Below are positions 54,948-64,000 of a stretch of 64,000 nucleotides of DNA, piece by piece (within the stretch, counting starts at the first letter, position 1; each line of letters starts with the position of its first letter). Location: positions 149,358,001 through 149,422,000 of the forward strand of contig OZ024742.1 in assembly GCA_964016885.1 (NCBI GenBank), given 5' to 3'. The notes beneath the pieces are model-generated. The model was not told the DNA's origin. It made no database searches and saw nothing but the letters and a program-made list of their open reading frames with translations. Source of the DNA: Eledone cirrhosa (Eukaryota). The position numbers and the translations under genes were made by a program.

Positions 54948-55129
54948 CAGATCTGTCAACTCTCCCCGTCCGACGGGGAGATCTCCCACCCATTTTGGGG
55001 CGGATAAGACATGTCTTCTCTTGTGAAAATAGGTATAGCTTTCATTATGTAAAATCTCTCCATTTTGCCTAATTTCTCCCCGTTTTGGGGCATTTTTTTC
55101 ATGTTTATTTTTAGAGGTTGGCAGGTCTG
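54948..55129. mobile_element. hAT-like MITE, complete
   Basis: TIRs CAGATCTGTCAAC / GTTGGCAGGTCTG, inserted in TA-rich sequence. Confidence 0.7.
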
Positions 55130-55484
55130 TATATAAAAGATGAGATGCTCCTGGTTGGAATATCTTTGATCAAAGATCCGCTTGGTCATTGGTGACCTCG
55201 TATTAAATAACTATGACATAACCTAGTTATGATATTTAACAATGTAAATGAAAATATACGTGCATCAGAAGTAAATTTTTGTAAAGTCCATAAATCATTA
55301 CTATTTCATATTTATATTTCTGTCTTTCTTTTCACCTTTTCTCATGACACATTTCACACTATATTACAGAGCATATCTACCCATCGACCCTTAATTCCTA
55401 ATTGAGTCGTAGGAGTGCCGTCTGTACATATCTTGGGCATTTACACCTGACAGAGCCCTGACCTCTCCAAATTTGAACACAGCC

Positions 55485-55539
<55 letters not shown>

Positions 55540-56698
55540 ATATAGAGAGAGAGAGAGAAGAATCGACCCCAGCATTGAACTGTATTTTTATTTATCGACC
55601 TCGAAAGGATGACAAGTAAAGTTGAGCTCGGTGGGACTTGAAACCAGAGCGGAGAGAGCCTGAAAGAATACCCTAAATCATTCTATCCACCGTTCTCTAC
55701 GCCTCTAACAAATTAGCTACCTCTAAATATCTTTCCTCTCTACCACACAATCTCTCCTTCTCTATAAGAAATAAGCTGTGTTTAAACTTGGAAATGGGAA
55801 TGGGCTCGGCTAAGTTTAAAAATGTACAATACAAAGCATTCTGCACGACGATATACCGACTTTGCCATTTCGCCATCTTTAAAAAGTTGAGTTCACCTAT
55901 TTCCATAAACGTTTGTTATTATATTTTTATATTTCTGTCTTTCTTTTATCTTTCTTCCCTGACCTGTTAGACGCTATATAAGACACAATGTAGAGCATAT
56001 AAGACATTTATTAAGAAGTTACGGTTATTGGAGAGATGACAGAGGCTGCCGTCGGATGGTTGTCTGTTTATCTTGTATTTTGAGAAAGGGGTTACTTCTT
56101 TACTTACTTACATTATGAGGTATTGTATTTTCTCTTTAGATTCATACAAATATAAAATGAGATCTTTGAAAGAAATTAGCCGTAGACAAACAGTGTACGT
56201 CGCAGGTTTATCATTTGCTAGTAGAGGATACTTAAGTCTAAACCCCGGGTAAGTTTGATGACTCAGGTGTGAAGTCAGGCATCAAAGGCTAATTCGCAGT
56301 GGCAAGGTCAAAGGTGAGTACACACGTTGAGGTGTTTCGAAAGGTGATAAGTTCAACTATTCAGATATCTAAACATACATGCGTGCGCACACGCACACAC
56401 ACAGACACACACATACACACATACACACACACACACACACACACAAAGACACACACACATACACACATAGACAGATACTCACACTGAAAACTTTATACAC
56501 CTGTTTGGGAAGTGTTTATATACATGTATTCATACAATGTATACATTAGGTATATAAAGAAGTACATATATATATATATATATATATACACGTATATACA
56601 TATATTTAGATATATCTTTATATACAGAAAATAAATATTGGTTAATGTATACTACTGAATAAAATACAAATATGTATGTATGCATATGCATATGTGTC

Positions 56699-56785
<87 letters not shown>

Positions 56786-57409
56786 TCTCTCCCTCTCACA
56801 CACACATAGATAAGAAAAAAAAATGTATGTATGTGGCAGAGTCGTTAGAACGTCGGATAAAACACTTTGCAGTATTCGTTTCGGCTATTTGTTCTCTGAG
56901 TTCAAATCCCGCCGAGGTCAACTTTGCTTTTCATCAATTCAAAGTCGATAAATAAAATACCAGTCTAGTACTGGGGTCGATTCTTCCACTCTGTTTCTTT
57001 CTCACTTTCACTCTCTTTCCTTCCCTGGAAAAAAATCTAATGTATTCAGACTTGGAGAGGAAATGGGCTCCACCAAAATTTAAAAAAAGGGCTTACGGGC
57101 TTAGTGGTTGGCGAAGGGAATAATAACACGTATGACTGGTAACATATCAATGGATATTTACATCTCGTTTGGATTTTTGTCTGTTATACAACTGCCTTAC
57201 GTCTTTGAAATACGTATAACAAAATAAATAAGGATGAACAAATGAAACCGTCTTTCTTGTTTATTATTATCATTATATATATATATATGCCACCAGTTCT
57301 TTGAGAAAACAACACCATAGTTCGGGACTAAGCATATCAAATGATCGAAATAACAGAGGTGAACTTTGTTCCATCATTATGTTTTTCTGTTTTTTCTGTT
57401 CAAGTACAA

Positions 57410-57470
57410 GCTGTTTGATGAAGTCATAGCTGTTGAAAAATGGCTATCACCGAAATCTATATATAACAGC
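57410..57470 (+). ncRNA. Decayed hammerhead related to family A
   Basis: gctgt-TTGATGA-agtcatagct..ggctatcacc-GAAAT-ctatat-ATA-acagc; C3 mutated to T. Confidence 0.5.
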
Positions 57471-57552
57471 GAATATGAATAAACGAAATTAATTTTAACC
57501 TGTTGACTTACACTTTTTGTTTACACACACATACACGCACACGCACACACGC

Positions 57553-57614
<62 letters not shown>

Positions 57615-58174
57615 CACACACACACAGACAGACACATACACACACACATATATATATCTATATATATTCTTGCACAAAGAAATGAATGCGCACGCCTATG
57701 TTTGTTAGCATTTTTAAAATAATTATTCGAGTTCTTCCTGCAAGGAGGCAGCTGTTTTTTTTAACAAAGAAACAAAAGTCCATCGCTGGAATTTTAATAA
57801 CATGAATGATAATTGTTACATGTTGAAGTTTTAAAAAAATCTCACATAGTTTTACTGTTCAGCTTACATTTGCAAAGTGCATGTTAGCTCGCCAGTTTCT
57901 TTGCTTTTCGAAATTGCCAGTTAGATATTTTCTAACATAACGTCTTGTTCTTCTTGAGAGGGCCGTGGTGACAGAGTCCTCAAACACTCCTTCCAGCAGG
58001 TCCTGTCTGAAGTATCTATCTGGCTGGATACTCAAGCGAGACTAGGCAAGAATTACACCTACCTTCCCACGATATGAAGGTAGTATAGTGATCTCTATAT
58101 ATATATATAGCATATAATCACTTGATTGGAATGTGTATGGCTGCAGTTTATGAAGCATAAATATTAAATCCAAG

Positions 58175-58241
58175 AAATTGTCTATTTGACGGTTGCTACG
58201 TTACTGCAGCAGTAATGTAGCAACCCTCAAATAGTCAATTT
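58175..58241. repeat. Imperfect palindrome, ~33-bp arms
   Basis: AAATTGTCTATTTGACGGTTGCTACGTTACTGC-A-GCAGTAATGTAGCAACCCTCAAATAGTCAATTT. Confidence 0.8.
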
Positions 58242-58683
58242 AGGCTGAGTAGTTCAATTAGATATTTACTGAATCTATATAGTTATACCCTGTTGATATT
58301 TAAACAGAAAAACCGTCACCTAAATAAATTCCTCGGTTAATAGAATGTAGTTGATTGTGGATTAAATGTAAAATACCTAAGCCTACCAAATGTAAAATGT
58401 CAGCAAAATCTTTTCGTCCCATACTAATTTAGAAAAATTCTGTATTATCTTTCTCTTTTAATCAGATGCAATTATTATAGAAATGAATTGAATTTCTAGT
58501 ATGCACAGAGGGTCGGACGCCATGCTTTGACGCATAGAGTTACGGCCCTTGCCATTCTGAGTTCAAATCCCACCGAGGTTAACTTTGCCTTTCCTCCTTA
58601 CGGGGTCGATAAAATAAAGTACCAGTAATACACTGGGGAACTTTAGTGGCCTTGTGCCAAAAGTAGAAACAATTATTATATAT

Positions 58684-59053
58684 TAGTATTTCCCGGCGTC
58701 GAAGATGCTACTTTTTCCCTAAAATAAATCTCAAAAATCTACCATTCGTCCTGGAGACCGAAGGTTGTTCATTATTTTTTTTTCAAGGGCGGTGGATCGG
58801 CAGTATCGGTAGAGGGTCGGACGCCATGCTTTCCAGCATAGTTACGTCCCTTTACGATCTGAGTTCAAATCCCGCCGAGGTTGACTTTGCCTTTCATCCT
58901 TACGGGGTCGATAAAATAAAGTACCAGTAATGCACTGGGTAATTGCTGGCCTTGTGCCTAAAGTAGAAACAATTATTTTTTTTTCAAATTTTTGATTGTC
59001 AAAATTGGGGTGCGTTCTCGAGGACGAAGCGTCTTCGGCGCCGGGAAATACGG
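58684..59053. mobile_element. pogo-like MITE interrupted by a SINE-A insertion (58787-58971)
   Basis: TIRs GTATTTCCCGGCG.CGAAGA / TCTTCGGCGCCGGGAAATAC. The SINE is flanked by an identical 16-bp TSD ATTATTTTTTTTTCAA. Confidence 0.8.
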
Positions 59054-59841
59054 TATATTAAAAAATAACGTTTAGCGAAATCTAGTGTAGCTGAAAAGTC
59101 TATTGATATAATAGTCGAGTAGGTTATTTACTTATCATGGACACTTCTAAATCAATTTACTACTGTATTGTTGTTCCAGAGTATTAATCTTGAACTTTTC
59201 TGGAATTTATTATTGATTTCATTCAAGTTGTTTTAATCAACTACAATTATAACGACAACGACAACGACGGCGGCGACGACAACGACGACGACGAGGACGA
59301 TGACAACGACGACGACGACGACGATGACAACAAAACAGACGTAAGAGCATCTATAAAAACGACATGCAACTAGAAGAGGAAACTTCATGAGCTACTGAAG
59401 GAAGTTCTACATGGACAGTTGGCATGCTAGAAATAGTAGCCAAATCTCCCGCAAATCAAACCCTACCCTGTTAAAAAATAATTTCTAATTTAGGCACAAG
59501 GCCAACAATTTGTAGGCAAAGTCAATCACATCGATCCCGGAAGGATGAAAGGTAAAGCTGACCTCAGCGGGATTTGGAATTCAGAACGTAAAGGGCCTTA
59601 ACTAAATGCTGCAAAGCATTTTGTCGGACGTTTTAACAGTTCTGTCTGTCAATCCACCTTCCTTACTGTATTAAATGATGATTTCTGATATAGGTACAAG
59701 ATCAACAATTTTTTTGGGGGGGTGGAGTCGATTAAATCGACACCAGTGCGTTACTGGTACTTTATTTTATCGACCCCGTATGGATGAATGGCAAAATTAA
59801 TCTCGATGGGATTTGATCTCAGAACGTAAATGGTCATAACT

Positions 59842-60092
59842 CAGGGGTGGTGGAAGCATTTCTGAATTAGAGTGGGGTGGGAAGAAAATTTGGTCAATTT
59901 AGTTGTAGTGATTAGTTTCGCTCTTTGCACCCTAAAATGGTCAGAAAACTATGATAGGCAATAAACATAACATGTACATAAATTGGGGCGCGTATCCAAA
60001 TAGATGTGTGTTTTGGTAGTTTGTGGAGAAAACTATTAAATAATTGGTGGAGAGTCATGCCTCCCTGGCCCCCTCCAGTTCCACCGCCTCTG
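59842..60092. mobile_element. hAT-like MITE
   Basis: TIRs CAGGGGTGGTGGAA / TTCCACCGCCTCTG. Confidence 0.55.
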
Positions 60093-60509
60093 TATATATA
60101 TATATGTATATATATACACATACATTCATTTATTATGGCTAAAGTAATAATCCCGCCGAGGTTTACTTTGCCTTTCATCCTTATGGGGTCGATAAAATAA
60201 AGTACCAGTAATGCACTGGGTAATTGCTGGCCTTGTGCCTAAAGTAGAAACAATTATTACTCTAAAGTAATGCTTTGCAGCAAAGAGTTACGGCCCTTTA
60301 TGGTCTGAGTTCAAATCCCGCCGAGGTTAACTTTGCCTTTCATCCTTACGGGGTCGGTAAAATAAAGTACCAGTAATGCACTGGGTAATTGCTGGCCTTG
60401 TGTCAAAAGTAGAAACAATTATTACTTTAAAGTTTCACCTGCGCATTCACAAGGTCACCAGGTGAAACTCCAGTAACAAGACTCATCACTTAGCTATAAT
60501 AAATGAGTA

Positions 60510-61098
60510 TTTCCCTCTCTATATATCTATATCTATCTCTCCAAAACTCCCCTCTATATATAAATCACCACCACACTCTCTCACTCTCTATATCTACCAT
60601 ATAACACTCTCTCCCAATTCCCTTCTCTATATCTACCATTAAACTATCACCCTCTCTATATCTACTATGAAGAACTCTCTTTCATTCCCTCTCACTCTAT
60701 TCATCATTACCAAACTCTCCCCCTCTATATCTATCAATACCTATCTCTATCAATGCTCTCACTCTATTCATTACCACCAAACTCTCCAACTTTCTACATA
60801 CACCATACAACACTTTCCCCCAATCCCCCTCTATATATCAATTAATATAAAACTCTCCCCCTCTCTATATCTAATATACAACACACTCTCCCACCCCCTC
60901 TCTATATCTACCATGCGATATTCTCTCTCAATCCATCTCACTCTATCCATCACTAGTCAAATCTCTTCCTCTCTATATTTACTACACGGAACTCTCTTCG
61001 AATACCCCTCTCAATATCAATTAACACCAAACTCTCTCCTCTTTATATCTACAACATGGAACTCTCTTCCAATCCCCCTCTCTATATCAATTACCACT
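60510..61098. repeat. Degenerate pyrimidine-rich minisatellite (CCCTCTCTATATCTAC..ACTCTC)
   Basis: Recurring CTCTCTATATCT motif about every 30-40 bp. Confidence 0.7.
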
Positions 61099-61298
61099 TG
61101 ATATAGACGTGAATTACTTCGCTCCAGACTTTTACGGATTATTGTCAAAAAAACTGTGAGTTCATTGCTCAATTTAATAGCATTGTTTAGTTTAACCCCT
61201 TGCCTGGGCCTTCAGACGTTGAGTCAACTAATTTTCGCCCCTTTCTGGGGCGAAATTTTCATTTTCATCTCAAAACTGTGTAGACTTGGTAGTCAGCA

Positions 61299-63165
61299 AT
61301 GGATGCCATTTCCACCTCCCACACTGTCGTGAGTGCCACGCCCACTAAGAAAAGTGGTGGAGGGAAGGTAGGAGTACAAAGCTTGCAGCCTTCCCCCCTC
61401 GCATTATCGAAAAACGTTGAAAATATTGAAACCACGAAACCAAACCCGGTAAATAATACCAGCACCAACAACAAGAACAATGACAATAACACCACAACCA
61501 ACAACAAGAACAATGACAATAACACCACAACCAACAACTGCAACAATAGCAACACCAAGGAAAACATGAACAATATTACCAACAGTGACAACAACAGCAG
61601 CAACAAAAAGACAACAACACCAAAACAACATTCGCGCAGACTGTAAAAAAAAACGAACTATACACGCCAATAGACATAACAAATGCTAAACAACTATTAC
61701 AAGACGCAAAACAATTCGTGACTTTTGGCGAAAACGGTGCTTTTAGCATCAATTCTCCACAGGAATTACGTAGAGAGGCTGTCCTGAAAACTGTGGTTTT
61801 CAGGACAATATCGAACGAAACAAGAAAACCAGCTCAATTATCACAAAATGAAATTGAGCTGGTTCTAAAAGATGCAATGAAGGACATAACTTTCATACAA
61901 AACAGTAAACTGTTTGGTAGCATTTCGGTGCTAATGAACAACCAGTCAACAGCACAAAAGTACTCGGTATCACCCATTGTGTCCCCCCGCTTCACCTTTT
62001 TCCCCACATACAGGGGGAAAAAGGACACAAAGAATAAAAATAATGAGTATCACACCAAATGTAAATATATGGTGGATACTATGTGGAATCATTGACTTTG
62101 ATGAAGACAAGATAATTTCAATAAGAAAGTCCTCCGGAGGTGTATTTGGTGGGACCAGCGTAGAAGTTCTGGTGCAAATGAGCCCAGAACGAATAGCGAA
62201 TATCCCACAACGCGTGGCTCTGGACGGGCTAACTTATATAAACATTTCAGTCGAGGGAAGGCAGCCGTCATGTTACCACTGCTTAAGCAGGGGTCACCTG
62301 AGGGCTGCCTGTCCTCAATTAACGAGTAAAAAAAAAAAAGGTTCTTCTGCCAACCCCGAACACAACAACATAACCACCACCACAACCACCACCACCACCA
62401 CCACCACAACAACAACAACAACAACCACAACAACACGGAAAAATAACAACACAAAACACTGTTCCACCCAACCCCTCCCCACCTAAAACAAATACAAAAG
62501 CAACCACAACAAAACTCCAAAATATACCCCTCCCCAACAACACGGAAGAGGACTCCGTATCAACGTCACCCAGTGACGACGAGGGAGAACCCTTTCAACA
62601 GGTGAAAAGGAAAAAAAAATGCACCACATTAACAAAAATGCTACAAACACACAACCACCAGCACAAACAGAACAAACATCACAACCCCCCCCCCCCTCCC
62701 TCCCTCCCCAAAACATAACACATACTACAAAACGCAAACACGCACAAGAACAACAAACAAAAACAAACACAACTCAACAAAAACTCTATACATACATTAA
62801 CAAGAACAATAAAACATTGATGAAAGCAATAGAAAATAACCATTCGGTGGAAACCGAAGGGATCACTTTCACCTACGCAGCGAACAAACCGCACCTAATG
62901 ATGATTAGGGTCCCAACGGAAACCTATGTAACTTTGAAAAAGAACCATCCAATGCATGTGGGGACCAACTGCACCAAACCACTTAACCACGCCATATTGA
63001 GATGTTTCCCCACCCCCACACCAGACACCCACACCCCACCAAACACCCTATCCCACCACACACTGATGTCCTCACCCCACCACAAACCACCACCCAACCA
63101 AACAACCCTTCCAACACCCCCATGGAAATTGTGCAGCCTAGTCCCCAGGAGACGAAGAGGTAAGT
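61299..63165 (+). pseudogene. Tx1/L1-type ORF1 (gag-like, CCHC knuckle), frameshifted
   Basis: Overlapping ORF pieces 61299-61646, 61718-62095, 61977-62486 (VEGRQPSCYHCLSRGHLRAACP) and 62619-63167. Confidence 0.75.
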
Positions 63166-63205
63166 AATTTCCTTTCCTCTTCCTTTTTAACTCTTCAGCA
63201 CCAAC

Positions 63206-64000
63206 ATGGCCAATATAAGAGTTGGATGTGTGAATGCACGCGGCCTGGGGATGTCCTGGAAACAGGGCAAACTCTTAAATGACCTCAGGTCGCAGAGTGG
63301 ATGTAATGGTTATTTGCGAGTCCAGGATCAGCAGCGAGCGCCAACTGGCCCCCATCTTTGACGACTTTGAGATCTACGCATCTCTCTGTCAGCCGAGGGG
63401 TGGGGGTGGGGTTGTCGTTCTGCTGCGAAAATACCTGGGTCTTGCCACACAGAAGGTACACCTGGACCCGGAGGGTCGACTGGTGGTTTTAGACGTCGGC
63501 AGTGGTGAAGGTGGAGCTTTCAGGCTGGTGGCAGCGTATGCCCCATCTGGGACACCGCGACCGGACTTCTTCCGACGCCTGGAGAATTTCCTGGAAACGT
63601 CTCGCTCCTTGCTTTTAGTGGGGGACTGGAATAGTATCCTGGATGCACGTTGGGACTATGTAGGGGCATGTCCCGATAGAGAGGGGGGTGTAACAGCCTC
63701 AAAGGATTAATCGGCCGATTTGATCTGGCCGATAGATATCGACTGGATTTTCCGACTGTGCCACGGTGGACGTGGAGTAATCGCAGTGGAACATCCAGGT
63801 CGTACCTAGATAGGTTCCTAGTTAGAAATAAGGATAGGGACATATTAAGCTGTCCACGAATGTTCATGGTTGACTATTCGGATCACAAGTTGTTGACCGG
63901 AGTGGTCAACCTTGATAGAACTCATAGACAGGGACCCGGTTACTGGAAGCTAAACTTGTCTTTACCGACAAACAAAGCTTACAGTAAGCGGATTAGCACA
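63206..64000 (+). pseudogene. Tx1/L1-type ORF2 N-terminal AP endonuclease, frameshifted, runs off the window
   Basis: MANIRVGCVNARGL..DVMVICES..LVAAYAPS..LLLVGDWNSILD..WTWSN..SYLDRFLV..SDHKLL..GPGYWKLNLSL. Confidence 0.9.

Noticed and set aside
56303-56316. AGGTCAAAGGTGA nuclear-receptor DR1-like site
   Set aside because: Single short match with no gene context.
59250-59340. (GAC/AAC)n tract as a poly-Asp exon
   Set aside because: No supporting ORF or splice context; simple trinucleotide repeat.

Overview
AT-rich, microsatellite-dense non-genic animal DNA. The SINE content suggests a cephalopod, probably Octopus (inference). I found no host exon, and nearly all ORF-track hits are translations of (TA)n, (CA)n, (GA)n or (TATG)n. 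Recognisable protein-coding remnants are all retrotransposons: a 5'-truncated R4/Dong-type RLE LINE (11895-13187, minus), a Penelope-like element (PLE) with RT-thumb and GIY-YIG remnants plus an inverted copy (38358-41800), and the 5' part of a Tx1/L1-type LINE (61100-64000). Also present are two tRNA-type SINE families, Helitron-like elements, several MITE families and a bipartite RTE-derived non-autonomous element. The main signal, read by eye, is more than 20 minimal type I hammerhead ribozyme (HHR) motifs from about 10 sequence families. They sit in (TA)n tracts as tandem arrays (485-bp and ~430-bp units, retrozyme/pseudo-LTR-like) or as long inverted repeats, and include non-canonical cores (U4C, and a U3-A8 covariation). 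No folding or search was run; coordinates are hand-counted and ribozyme activity is untested.
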